The position numbers were made by a program, and so were the translations under genes. This document shows, piece after piece, positions 9,127 through 18,569 of a stretch of 64,000 nt of DNA; the stretch's first letter is position 1; every line of letters begins with the position of its first letter. A model generated the notes under the pieces. That model saw nothing but the letters and a program-made list of their open reading frames with translations, did no database searches and was not told the DNA's origin. The DNA is from Candidatus Eiseniibacteriota bacterium (GTDB taxonomy: Bacteria > Eisenbacteria > RBG-16-71-46 > CAIMUX01 > VGJL01). Where the stretch lies: positions 71,876 to 135,875 of the forward strand of contig JAXDAY010000028.1 in NCBI GenBank assembly GCA_034679345.1. Direction: 5' to 3'.

Positions 9127-9202
9127 GGTGGAGGTGAGACCTCTCTCACCCCCCTGTGGATAGGAGATTTGCCCACAGGGAGGTGATATCCCCTTCACCT
9201 CC
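9127..9202 (+). promoter_or_regulatory. divergent promoter/operator region; includes copy A of the ~35-bp motif
   Basis: Three inverted repeats: GGTGAGA-n4-TCTCACC (9133-9150), CCCTGTGG-n13-CCACAGGG (9152-9180) and GGAGGTGA-n8-TCACCTCC (9179-9202). Lies between the XRE repressor (-) and ORF 9247 plus the recombinase (+). Confidence 0.6.
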
Positions 9203-9246
9203 GCCGCCTACGACGTCCTCACGCGGCGCGGCATGCTGGGGTCGCC

Positions 9247-9432
9247 ATGCTCACGCAGAAGGCCATCGACGACCTCAAGGCGATCTGGCTCCGGAAGTAC
9301 GGGGAGCAGCTCACGGACGCGGAGGCGTGGGAGATGGGCAACCGCCTTCTCCGCGTCTTCGCCGTCCTCCTGCGTGCCCCCATGCCGAAGCGGGACGAGA
9401 AGGTTCGAACCGCGTCCACGAGCCTGTATTGA
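9247..9432 (+). CDS. small hypothetical protein (Cro-like or recombination directionality factor candidate)
   Basis: 61-aa ORF with balanced composition, immediately upstream of and co-directional with the serine recombinase, and divergent from the XRE gene. Confidence 0.45.
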   Translation: MLTQKAIDDLKAIWLRKYGEQLTDAEAWEMGNRLLRVFAVLLRAPMPKRDEKVRTASTSLY

Positions 9433-9486
9433 CGTGCTGCGGAACTTAATTCTACGATTCCTCCCTCGAGCATTGATCCCACGCCC

Positions 9487-11049
9487 GTGCCCCGCTACTT
9501 CCTCTACGCCCGCAAGTCGTCCGAATCCGAAGACCGCCAGGTCCTCTCGATCGACTCCCAGATCCGAGAGCTGACGGCGTACGCACACGCGCAGGGATTC
9601 GACATCGCGTCGGTCCTCTCGGAGTCGCGATCCGCGAAGGCGCCGGGGCGACCAGTCTTCGGGGAGATGATGACCGCGATCGCGCGCGGGAAGGCAGACG
9701 CGGTCCTCTGCTGGAAGCTCGACCGCCTCGCGCGCAACCCGGTCGACGGCGCCGCGCTCATCTGGGCCGTCGACGAGGGCAAGCTCAAGCAGATCGCGAC
9801 GCGCGACCGGGCCTTCGCGAACACCGGGAACGACAAGTTCTGGATGCAGCTCGAGTTCGGCATGGCGAAGAAGTACGTCGACGACCTCTCCGACAACGTG
9901 AAGCGCGGCAATCGGGCGAAACTCGAGCAGGGGTGGCTCCCCGGCGTGCCGCCGCTCGGGTACGTGAACGACCTGGCCACGAAGACGATCGTCAAGGACC
10001 CCGCGCGCTTCGACCTCGTCCGGCAGATGTGGGACCTCGTCCTCAAGGGCTGGTCGCCACCCGACGTCCTCCTCGTCGCGAACGAGGACTGGGGCTTCCG
10101 CACGCGGCAGTACCGCAAGAAGGGCGGCGGCCGGCTGCAGCGGAGCTACTTCTACCACATGCTCGCCGATCCCTTCTACTACGGCCTCATCCACCGCAGC
10201 GGCGAGACGTACCCCGGGGCGCATCCTCCGATGGTCTCGAAGGACGAGTTCGATCAGGTCCAGGAGATGCTCGGCCGGCCGAACCGCAGCCCGAAGCCCC
10301 AGCGCACCTTCGCCTTCACGGGCCTCATTCGCTGCGGGGAGTGCGGCGCCGCGATCACAGCGGAGGAGAAGGTCAACCGCCGCTACGGCTATCGCTACTG
10401 CTACTACCACTGCACGCGGCGCAAGCACGGAACGACCTGCCGTCAGGACGCCATCCGCGTCGACCGGCTCGAGACGCAGATCCGGTGCGAACTCCGGCGC
10501 ATCGCGATCGATGACGACGTCCGCGACTGGGCCATCGCGAACCTGCGGAGCGTCCATGAGCAGGAGACGCGCTCCCGCCAGGCGACGGATGTCTCGCTCG
10601 ACGCCGCCCTACGGGATGCGCAGAAGCGGCGCGACGCCCTCGTCGACCTGCGGCTGCGGGGCCTCCTCACGGATGCGGAGTTCCTGCCGAAGAAGCAGGC
10701 ATTGGTGGAAGAGGAGCTCCGTCTCCGGGAGCGTCTGACCGACTCCGACGGACGCGGCACCCACTGGTTAGAACTAGCCGAACGGGCCTTTCTCTTCGCG
10801 AATCAGGCCTTGAAACGCTTCAATACGGGGTCGCTCGAAGAGAAGCGCGAGATCCTCGTCGCGCTCGGTTCGAACTTTCTCCTCGAGGGCGGAAACCTGC
10901 GAATTCAGCTGCAAAAACCCTTCCACCTGATCGCGGAGGGGTCTCGAAATTCAAGTTGGCTCGGCATCGTGGACGGAGTTAGAACCTTCTTCGCTAACCA
11001 TCCACGTTTCATTCGATGGCCGTCGTTCTGTCTGCCGATCGCTGCGTGA
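9487..11049 (+). CDS. large serine recombinase (integrase)
   Basis: N-terminal resolvase domain YFLYARKSSESEDRQ with the catalytic Ser, a recombinase domain, a zinc ribbon (CGECG...CYYHC) and a C-terminal coiled-coil. 520 aa. Confidence 0.95.
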   Translation: MPRYFLYARKSSESEDRQVLSIDSQIRELTAYAHAQGFDIASVLSESRSAKAPGRPVFGEMMTAIARGKADAVLCWKLDRLARNPVDGAALIWAVDEGKLKQIATRDRAFANTGNDKFWMQLEFGMAKKYVDDLSDNVKRGNRAKLEQGWLPGVPPLGYVNDLATKTIVKDPARFDLVRQMWDLVLKGWSPPDVLLVANEDWGFRTRQYRKKGGGRLQRSYFYHMLADPFYYGLIHRSGETYPGAHPPMVSKDEFDQVQEMLGRPNRSPKPQRTFAFTGLIRCGECGAAITAEEKVNRRYGYRYCYYHCTRRKHGTTCRQDAIRVDRLETQIRCELRRIAIDDDVRDWAIANLRSVHEQETRSRQATDVSLDAALRDAQKRRDALVDLRLRGLLTDAEFLPKKQALVEEELRLRERLTDSDGRGTHWLELAERAFLFANQALKRFNTGSLEEKREILVALGSNFLLEGGNLRIQLQKPFHLIAEGSRNSSWLGIVDGVRTFFANHPRFIRWPSFCLPIAA

Positions 11050-11096
11050 TGTCATCATGCCACCAGCATACGATTCCGGTATGCGGGTGCGTAGGT

Positions 11097-11131
11097 GGCG
11101 GAGGTAAGGGGTGTCTCACCTCCCTGTGGAT
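11097..11131 (+). repeat. copy B of the ~35-bp motif, 48 bp past the recombinase stop (candidate att/recombinase-binding half-site or distal operator)
   Basis: ggcggaggtaaggggtgtctcacctccctgtggat. Same GGAGGT-to-TGTGGAT spacing (25 nt) as copy A. It has the CCCTGTGG left arm but lacks the CCACAGGG partner. Confidence 0.6.
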
Positions 11132-11249
11132 TCTCGGGCTAGTCCCGCACGAGAGACTGTAAGATGGCCCTGGTGAATCTGCAGGCGCTGATCGTGCCCG
11201 CAATCTCAGTCTGGCAAGACGCCTTTACGGGGCCTCATTGGAGCCCTGG

Positions 11250-12920
11250 TCATCTCAGAGATTCCACAATTGCGCGAAACGACTGCGCCAGCTCAGGAGC
11301 GCCGTCGAGCCAGGCCATTACGAGAATCGGGTTACCAGACGTACGGGGTATGCACACTGTCTCATAGGTATACGCGTAGTCTGCCGTCGTCACCCCCGGC
11401 TTGGTATGCAGTGTGAGGTGGGAGCTAGCAATGCCGCCAATATCCCATACTGATGAGGAGGTCACTTCGTAGTTTGGATTGTGGGCTGTGAAGAATCTGC
11501 TACAGTTCTCCATAGTTGAAAAGTCAAAGGTCGTCGCACTTGCATCAATGACGATTACGCGACCCGCGCCATGATAGTCTTCAAGCCCAGACACATGAGT
11601 GCCACCGATATCCCACGCAATACTGAAGTTAGGCGGGTATCGGAAAGTGAAGTCTTGTTTCGAATCGGTGTACGTGAGCCAGTCGCCCGGAACCGTCGAC
11701 GTGTTCGTTGCTGAGACCTTCAGGGATGCAAGGATGCTCTGGACGATACGGTGCATGCCGTCCGCCTGGGCAGCGGGGAGGCCGCCGTCAGCAGCGACGA
11801 TTTCGTCGACAACATCGCCCACCACGAGGCTTCCTCCCTCTGGGAGATCGAGAAGGTACGAGACGCCGATCAACGGCGGGTTAGCACGAAGACGCGTGAA
11901 GGTGTTGTGCCCAATAGTCACCGTCGACAGACGGTCGCTCGCAACATCCCTGAGGTAGTCCTCGACACCATCGTCCCGAAGAACGAGGGAGACTGGGGAC
12001 ACAGGCGAACCTTCAAATGCGTAGGTCGCGCCCCTGGGCTGCAGATGAATCACGGTGACATATCCAGACGCCTCGACGAGATCCCAATCTTGCGGGTATC
12101 GAAACGAGAATCCGCGCGCATCCGTATGGATCTGCCAATCGTTCGTGAGGGCTTCGACGGCGCCCGCATCGGTGAACGATTGCAGAATGCCCTCAAAGGC
12201 ATCTAGCTTCTCCTTCGTGCTGGTCAGTCCGACGTACGCCGCGCAGGCGTCCTTTACGGTCATGTCACCCGTCGCGATGGCATCGATCGGTGGGCCTTCA
12301 TCGGTGAACGCGATGGTGAACCGATACTCCGGCGTCAGTGTGATGAACGAGACCGCGTAGCGCGGCCCACCCTCGCTGCCACCGCAGTCCTCACTTCGGT
12401 AGCCGCGGACACCTTGGGACGTGGTCATCCGTGACACCGTCGCACTGGGGTATGTGAGCCAGGATGGGATGTCTCCGCCGTCAATGTACGCCTCCTCCTG
12501 TACAACGCTGGTCTTCGTGACATGGGGTGCTAGTTCTGGCAATGAGGCCCGATCCTCGACGGTGATCTGATACCGTACCGGACCACGCTCGACCAAGAAC
12601 GGGTGGTAGGAGTCGTGGTACTCACTGAGTGCCCACGTCGCATCGTACGTCACCGCGAAGCCATAGTTGAGGTTGGTCAGACGCGTCAGTCCCGTGCCTT
12701 GCAGTGGGGCGATGATATACTGCACAGTGGAATCGGCTTCCGGCTCTGCCAAGGGCGGTGTCACGACGCCTATATTGGTGTCAGTGTTGGTATTATCACC
12801 CGTCGTGTTCTCCTGATGCTCCTGGAAATACCAGGCGCCAACGCCAACAAGCACCAGCGCGAGAGCAGCGGCGAGGTGTTGGAAAGTAATGATCCTCTGA
12901 CAGCTAAGCGAGTTCCTCAT
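11250..12920 (-). CDS. hypothetical exported protein (low-GC, likely acquired)
   Basis: ATG at 12920 gives MRNSLSCQRIITFQHLAAALALVLVGVGAWYF (signal/anchor) then an N/T-rich linker. About 52% GC against a ~68% background. Confidence 0.55.
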   Translation of the reverse strand: MRNSLSCQRIITFQHLAAALALVLVGVGAWYFQEHQENTTGDNTNTDTNIGVVTPPLAEPEADSTVQYIIAPLQGTGLTRLTNLNYGFAVTYDATWALSEYHDSYHPFLVERGPVRYQITVEDRASLPELAPHVTKTSVVQEEAYIDGGDIPSWLTYPSATVSRMTTSQGVRGYRSEDCGGSEGGPRYAVSFITLTPEYRFTIAFTDEGPPIDAIATGDMTVKDACAAYVGLTSTKEKLDAFEGILQSFTDAGAVEALTNDWQIHTDARGFSFRYPQDWDLVEASGYVTVIHLQPRGATYAFEGSPVSPVSLVLRDDGVEDYLRDVASDRLSTVTIGHNTFTRLRANPPLIGVSYLLDLPEGGSLVVGDVVDEIVAADGGLPAAQADGMHRIVQSILASLKVSATNTSTVPGDWLTYTDSKQDFTFRYPPNFSIAWDIGGTHVSGLEDYHGAGRVIVIDASATTFDFSTMENCSRFFTAHNPNYEVTSSSVWDIGGIASSHLTLHTKPGVTTADYAYTYETVCIPRTSGNPILVMAWLDGAPELAQSFRAIVESLR

Positions 12921-12975
12921 AATGTCACTTCGCAACGTTGCGTCTACACTGTATCAGGGACAGCGCCACGATGTG

Positions 12976-14655
12976 CTACTCAACCCACCCGAGGTAAGTC
13001 GTGAACGCTGTTTCCACGGGGGAACGGTAGACAATTGCGCCTGTGTGCACATCAACTAGATAGAAGCGTCTCGTACCATCTGCCAACTGGGTACATGGCA
13101 CCATGAGGTATCCATCGGGTGTCATTGCAAGCACATCATACTCCTCGGCATTAGCAGGCAGTACTGCTAACTCGGCTTGCTGACCCTGTAGCGTTCGTGT
13201 GATGAGGTGGAGTTGATTGTCGTCTTGCATAGTCGCAACGACGACGGCATCATCTGACACAAAGGTGGCGGTTAGGAGCGAGCCTGGCACGCTAAAGGTG
13301 TCCTCGGTCGTAGCGTCCACGTCGGCTACAGACACGGAGCGCTCATGATCATTCGGGTATTGCGGAGATGATATGTACAGAATATGCCGCATATCAGGGC
13401 TGATCGCAGCTTGCAGGTATTGGCGAGCATCATCGTGTACGAGCGGATGGACTAGGTAGGGATCGGCTGGTGCGGAGAGCCAAACGCCGGGTTCGGAGTA
13501 TCCTCCGGGATTGGCGACCACATATTCATCAGTACTTGGTGACCAAGAAAGCCGATTCGTCCCCCCGCCGATGCTAAGCCTTTTGAACCCTGCGGGATGG
13601 TTTGGCTCCATGATGGCATAGTAACCACCCTCATAGTAGCCTAGCGAGAGATTGATGTACTTACCGGATGGGGACCACCCAGGATTCGCGAGGGAATAGA
13701 CCCCGTCGAGACCGTCCAGCGACCATTGTGGCGCCATCTCGGTATCCCCAGGAGGTCGACTCGTGATATCAAACAATCGCCGGGTGGTACCCGTCACACG
13801 ATCCCATATCGCCACCCCATCCTGTTCGACAAAGAGCAGATCGGAACCGTTTGGTGCGAGAGCGATGCTAGGCGGTCTCATGCTCCAATAGTTAGAATTC
13901 ATTTCGGCTGGCAACGACTCATCATACGTAAAGAGCGTTGTTGCACTGGCGTTGCTCGTGTTGAGTATCCACACGGTGACCTGCGTTCCAGACTTCGTTG
14001 CATAGAGCATCCTAGCATGGCTCATCACAGCCACATTGTCGACCGGTGGCAACAACGTGAAGCTCTCCCGCAGCGTCTCTAGGCGCAATGCACACATTTC
14101 CTGGTAGTCCGGCATCGTAGCTGACGCGAGTGAAACGAGATACAGAGAGTCGGTTATCTGGGTTGATTCTACTATCTGGGAAGTATTGTCGCGTGATCGC
14201 CAGATGCTTACTTCACGCGTTGCCCCGGCAATATCCTCCGTACGACTGCCATCCTGATCAAAGGTTGCCAGGAACGTAGTTGGTTCTACCGTGTATACAC
14301 GCAATTCGCACGGCAAACCACCAGTGAAGAACACCGCATAGTCCTTGTTGCTGAGATCCATATACTCGCCGAGTACGCTCCAATCGAAATAACTATAGCC
14401 AATCGAATATCCAAGAAGATCATTCGTGAAGCGGCGTGTGAGGAGGAAGTCAGACTTACGTGGATGGAGGCTTTGCGTCTCGTTCGTCGAGGGCACCGGC
14501 ACGGTTGTATTGTAGGTTGTGGCAGCCATGTTTGTGTCGCCCTGATCACGGGTCACGAAGTAGTACGCACCCGTAACGAGGAGCGTCAGGACAAGGACGA
14601 AGGCCAGAACAGGTAGGGTGGTGATGCTGTTGAGGTTGGATGGGGTCTTAGACAT
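12976..14655 (-). CDS. exported beta-propeller protein (TolB-like PD40 repeats)
   Basis: ATG at 14655 gives MSKTPSNLNSITTLPVLAFVLVLTLLVTGAYYF. WSPSGKY and SWSPSTDEYVV repeats are PD40-like. Low GC. Confidence 0.55.
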   Translation of the reverse strand: MSKTPSNLNSITTLPVLAFVLVLTLLVTGAYYFVTRDQGDTNMAATTYNTTVPVPSTNETQSLHPRKSDFLLTRRFTNDLLGYSIGYSYFDWSVLGEYMDLSNKDYAVFFTGGLPCELRVYTVEPTTFLATFDQDGSRTEDIAGATREVSIWRSRDNTSQIVESTQITDSLYLVSLASATMPDYQEMCALRLETLRESFTLLPPVDNVAVMSHARMLYATKSGTQVTVWILNTSNASATTLFTYDESLPAEMNSNYWSMRPPSIALAPNGSDLLFVEQDGVAIWDRVTGTTRRLFDITSRPPGDTEMAPQWSLDGLDGVYSLANPGWSPSGKYINLSLGYYEGGYYAIMEPNHPAGFKRLSIGGGTNRLSWSPSTDEYVVANPGGYSEPGVWLSAPADPYLVHPLVHDDARQYLQAAISPDMRHILYISSPQYPNDHERSVSVADVDATTEDTFSVPGSLLTATFVSDDAVVVATMQDDNQLHLITRTLQGQQAELAVLPANAEEYDVLAMTPDGYLMVPCTQLADGTRRFYLVDVHTGAIVYRSPVETAFTTYLGWVE

Positions 14656-14769
14656 GGGTAGCGGGATGCTCTCCAATGTGGCACAGAGACCGGTGATGTC
14701 AAGGTAGGGGGAACGACCCCCGGATGGGAACCAAAGAAAAATCCCCAAGGAGGCTTGGGGATCGGCGGG

Positions 14770-16935
14770 CTACCGCACGATGACGATGCGCCGGGTCGGT
14801 GCGGTCGCCTGCGGGAGCCGGTAGAAGTAGACGCCAGAGGAGAGCTGCGGGAGCGAGCGCTTGAGCGCACCTGCCGTGAGCTGCTCCGGCTTGAGGTCGA
14901 GGGTGGTGACGAGCCTGCCGGCGACGTCGTAGACGCGGATGGGCACGGTCCCCTCCTTCGTCCGGCTGAGGACGATCGTCGGGTCGTCGACCGGCGGTTC
15001 GGGAGGCGGGACCTTCCAGCTCGGGTGGCCCCCATCGCAAGCATCCCAGGAGCCGTAGCCGTTCGATTGGCGGTCGAAGCACTGGTAACCAGTCGATGCG
15101 ATGTAGACCGCGAAGTCCATCCGGCCATCGCCATCGTAATCACCGACGCGAACCGGGTCGGAGGTGCTGCCGTAACCGCCGAACGGAGGATCTGTCCAGC
15201 TTCCGAACCCACCGCCATCCGCATGATAGTCCACATGCCAAACATGGTTGGCATCCCGGACCGCGATGTCGCAGTAGCCGTCACCATCGTAGTCGGCGGG
15301 GCACGGTGTGTCCGGGTAGCCGCCGTAGCCACCGAGGTTCGTGACATCCCAGGTTCCAGAACTGCCGAAGGCGTTACTCAAGGACGTTCCCGGATCGAAG
15401 TAGTTGATGAGGAACTTCCGGTCCGAGTTGCGGAGGAGAGCGATGTCCACGTACCCGTCGCCGTTGAAGTCACCAGCGCAGGGGCTGTCGTAGATCGTCC
15501 CGCCGTCGTGGGTCGCATCCCACCCGGTGAAGCCATTGCTCGAGAAGTCGAAACGCCAGTACCCGTTCGTGTCGCGGACGGAGATATCGGCCTTCCCATC
15601 GCCGTCGAAGTCTGCCCCGACGGGCGCGTCGCCGTAGCCGCCGTAGCCGCCGAGGTTCGTGACGTCGTACCCACCGAGGTTGTTGCACGCGTAGTCGATG
15701 AGGAACTTCCGATCAGAGTTTCGAAGGACGGCGATGTCGCAGATGCCGTCGCCGTCGTAGTCGGCCGGGCAGGGCGTATCCTGGGTGCCACCGTAGCCCT
15801 GGCCGACCCAGGCGTCCCACCCGCTCATGCCATCCGCGTCACCGCAGAAGTCGATGTGGAAGAGGCCGTCCGAGGTGCGGTCCCAGGCATCGGAGAGGCC
15901 GTCGCCGTCGAAGTCGTACGGCGTGTGGTGAGCTACGTCGACGTGCACCGAGAAGTGCGTCTGTCCCCAGCCTCCGATGATCTCGGTGTCGAAGCAGGGG
16001 CCGAAGTAGACGTCGTACGTGCCGTGGGCGATCGGCCGGATCCTGCCGACGAAGTTGAAGGTCGCGACCCCGTTCGTTGCGACGCTCGTTTCCTCGAAGG
16101 TGCAGGGCGACGGACAGCTGTTCCAGTCGTAGGGAGCTGGAGCGGTACAGGGGTAGTTGAAGAAGCTCTCCCCGATGGTTGCGGATTCGTTGCACGACGC
16201 GAGCTCGACGTACCCTTCCGGGTGTTGCTGGGCATTGCTGTACCACGTCGCCGACCCCGTGTTCCGGAACTTCACCTGGCAGGTGACGTAGTCGTACATG
16301 TGGTACGGGCCAGAGGGACTGATGGACTTCGAGACGAAGGTGCAGGCGAGTGTTGGCTGGGGCGGCGGAGGAGGCGTGTCGTTGCCATAGAGGATTGGAT
16401 CGGTGAACAGGCCGCCATCGTACGTGTAGGGGTCGACTGCCGTCCAGGCGCTGTTGATCCACGCGCGAGTCTCCAGATGAAGATGGTACCCGCCTCCGTA
16501 ACCGCATTCAGGGACCCCGTCGTGATCCACATCCGAGGCCGTGTACCCCGAGTTACTTGACTTCCCGATGTACTGCCCAGCAACGACAGTCTGCCCACCA
16601 TAGACCACAACAGTTCCGGCGAGCATGTGAGCCTCGATCACCTGTAGGTGGTACTGATCGTTCTGGATCTTGACGTAGTTGCCGTAATTTGGCGGGTCGC
16701 ATACCTGCCCGGCAACATCACCGATTGCAGTGATCACGGTGCCACCGATCGCTGCGTAGACATTCGTGCCCTGTGGACACCGGTAGTCCACACCAGGATG
16801 CCCATCGTAGCAGGCATCGCCGAACGGACACGTCACATTCCGAGCGCCGTCGAATGGGAACCAGAGCACCTTGGCGCCGAAAGCGACACCCGTGACCAGG
16901 GACATGAAAAGCACCAGAAGAACAAGAGCCCGCAT
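14770..16935 (-). CDS. M23 family metallopeptidase with FG-GAP/VCBS repeats and a T9SS-type C-terminal sorting domain
   Basis: Signal peptide MRALVLLVLFMSLVTGVAFGA with AGGAGG upstream. M23 motifs HPGVDYRCPQGT and HLHLE. Repeated DFDGDG/DYDGDG. C-terminal tail VYDVAGRLVTTL...SGVYFYRL. Confidence 0.85.
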   Translation of the reverse strand: MRALVLLVLFMSLVTGVAFGAKVLWFPFDGARNVTCPFGDACYDGHPGVDYRCPQGTNVYAAIGGTVITAIGDVAGQVCDPPNYGNYVKIQNDQYHLQVIEAHMLAGTVVVYGGQTVVAGQYIGKSSNSGYTASDVDHDGVPECGYGGGYHLHLETRAWINSAWTAVDPYTYDGGLFTDPILYGNDTPPPPPQPTLACTFVSKSISPSGPYHMYDYVTCQVKFRNTGSATWYSNAQQHPEGYVELASCNESATIGESFFNYPCTAPAPYDWNSCPSPCTFEETSVATNGVATFNFVGRIRPIAHGTYDVYFGPCFDTEIIGGWGQTHFSVHVDVAHHTPYDFDGDGLSDAWDRTSDGLFHIDFCGDADGMSGWDAWVGQGYGGTQDTPCPADYDGDGICDIAVLRNSDRKFLIDYACNNLGGYDVTNLGGYGGYGDAPVGADFDGDGKADISVRDTNGYWRFDFSSNGFTGWDATHDGGTIYDSPCAGDFNGDGYVDIALLRNSDRKFLINYFDPGTSLSNAFGSSGTWDVTNLGGYGGYPDTPCPADYDGDGYCDIAVRDANHVWHVDYHADGGGFGSWTDPPFGGYGSTSDPVRVGDYDGDGRMDFAVYIASTGYQCFDRQSNGYGSWDACDGGHPSWKVPPPEPPVDDPTIVLSRTKEGTVPIRVYDVAGRLVTTLDLKPEQLTAGALKRSLPQLSSGVYFYRLPQATAPTRRIVIVR

Positions 16936-16987
16936 GTCGTACCTCCTTTGGGAAACACCAGTATGTTGTGAAGGGGCAAGCCGAGAG

Positions 16988-17644
16988 CTACCGAACAAGC
17001 GCGAACGTGGGAAGAACGGTGCCACAGACATTGTCGAAGCACGAAAGAACGAGAGTCTTCTGCCTCCAGGTGAGAACGTAGTAGACAAGGCTGGTATCAC
17101 GCCCGTATTGTGCTACACCCTGTTTGGCGGGCACTCCAGCAAGTTGCGTGTCGGTCCAGACAGGGACACCGTCCAGCGTGGACAGGTATGCGGTAACTGC
17201 AGGCTGAGCGTCATCGACGATATCGACGGTGACATAGGTGGAGCCACCTTCGTAGGGCACGGTGATATCACTGAGAAGGTGACCGTCGTAGGCTGCGCTG
17301 TTTATGGTGGTGTTGTCGGTAACATGGAGTGTGTCGTAATACCGGAATGCGTAGCCCCATGGATCGCTTGTATATGTAATCAATGATGATGGCGTATTGA
17401 CATTCGATATGGTGTCTGTGTTGCTAAGGGTATTGAGATTCTGATCGCCAGGGGTTGTGTTGAGAGTATTGGCGACAGAGTGTGTGTTGTTCAGGTTGCT
17501 GGTATTGGTGGTCACGACGATGCTCGTGTTCCTCCGGTCACGGTTCGGAAAATACACCGCGCCTGCGACGATAACTGCCAGGACGAGGACGATGGCCAAG
17601 ACGGGAAGTGAGGCGATGCCGCGAGGACTAGGGTGCTTCGGCAT
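16988..17644 (-). CDS. hypothetical exported protein with an N/T-rich linker (low-GC)
   Basis: ATG at 17644 gives MPKHPSPRGIASLPVLAIVLVLAVIVAGAVYF, then NTSIVVTTNTSNLNNT.... Same N-terminal architecture as 11250..12920 and 12976..14655. Confidence 0.5.
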   Translation of the reverse strand: MPKHPSPRGIASLPVLAIVLVLAVIVAGAVYFPNRDRRNTSIVVTTNTSNLNNTHSVANTLNTTPGDQNLNTLSNTDTISNVNTPSSLITYTSDPWGYAFRYYDTLHVTDNTTINSAAYDGHLLSDITVPYEGGSTYVTVDIVDDAQPAVTAYLSTLDGVPVWTDTQLAGVPAKQGVAQYGRDTSLVYYVLTWRQKTLVLSCFDNVCGTVLPTFALVR

Positions 17645-17801
17645 AGGTGGGAGGGTTACTACTGAGAGCACGGATCAGGTGGCCCCGATTCGATGCTGGC
17701 ACGGGCAGAGACGGACTTGCCGCGGGTGGAAGCCCAGCTACTATCAGCCTGACAGAATGACGGGAGGTGTCAAGACGATGGCATCGCCCTTCACGGCGTC
17801 G

Positions 17802-18551
17802 TCAACTCCCAAGGGGGGATGGGGGGTACTCGATGGTTTCCGCAGTGCCGAGCAGACGCTCCGCGTAACGGTTGCCCGCCTCACGGACCCACCTCTCGCG
17901 GACGACGATTGCCCAGACAGCGATGAGGAACAGGTTGACGATTCCGGCAAGAAGCACGCTGACCTCAAGCGCTCTCCCTTCCGCAACCAGGTACCAGACC
18001 CGGAGGCCGCAGGCGACGATGCTGAACCCACAGAGAAGGATCCCCAGTACCTTGAGTGCCCAGAGGTTTCGCCGCGTGCCGTAATTTACATTCTCCTCGA
18101 ACACGAGGGGGAACAGTGCATGATCGCGGGTCCGCTCCCGCAGGTAGTCCACGCAGCTGTCGTACGCCGTCCCAGCAGCCCCGAGGTCTCGGGTTTCCTC
18201 TTCCGGGGTCAGCGGGATCGCGATGTGCGGGAGGATCGCAGCGAGCTTGTGGTGGTGGCGGTCCAGCGACGCCGGGTTGAGCCAACTGGTCTGGTAGGAG
18301 AGTGCATTCGTCGTCGGTTTGCCCCCCGTCCGGAAGAGGGACCGCTCCCGTCGCCGGCCTGCGTCCCGCCCGATCTGCGAAAAAACGAGAGCGAGCACGA
18401 TCATCGAAGCCGCCACGGCGGGGAGGGACCAGAGGTCCTTCTCTGCCGGAAACCAGGAGATGACAGCGAGCCCCACGGGGAGCAAGGTGACGAACCACGG
18501 GCCGATTCGCGCCTTGAGCGTATATGGGTCGAAGAAGCCCGCTGCGTTCAT
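17802..18551 (-). CDS. hypothetical 4-TM membrane protein
   Basis: Two N-terminal and two C-terminal hydrophobic helices around a ~100-aa soluble segment. Lies 19 nt downstream of the MBL gene on the same strand. Confidence 0.6.
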   Translation of the reverse strand: MNAAGFFDPYTLKARIGPWFVTLLPVGLAVISWFPAEKDLWSLPAVAASMIVLALVFSQIGRDAGRRRERSLFRTGGKPTTNALSYQTSWLNPASLDRHHHKLAAILPHIAIPLTPEEETRDLGAAGTAYDSCVDYLRERTRDHALFPLVFEENVNYGTRRNLWALKVLGILLCGFSIVACGLRVWYLVAEGRALEVSVLLAGIVNLFLIAVWAIVVRERWVREAGNRYAERLLGTAETIEYPPSPLGS

Positions 18552-18569
18552 GGTGTCATCTCCTGCATG

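Noticed and set aside
8145-9176. 343-aa ORF spanning both the wHTH paralog A and the XRE repressor region.
   Set aside because: Its first 123 codons overlap, in a different frame, the canonical XRE HTH ORF 8804..9088 and are low-complexity. The real gene starts at the ATG 8805-8807, which is ATGA-coupled to the XRE stop.
9401-9420. GGTTCGAACC-like sequence resembling a tRNA T-arm.
   Set aside because: It lies inside the small ORF 9247..9432 with no acceptor-stem or anticodon-arm context. No convincing tRNA, rRNA or CRISPR repeat-spacer array was found anywhere in the window.
11097-11124. The GGAGGTAAG...CTCACCTCC hairpin after the recombinase gene as a rho-independent terminator.
   Set aside because: There is no U-run after the stem on the + strand. 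It is better explained as a copy of the ~35-bp motif.
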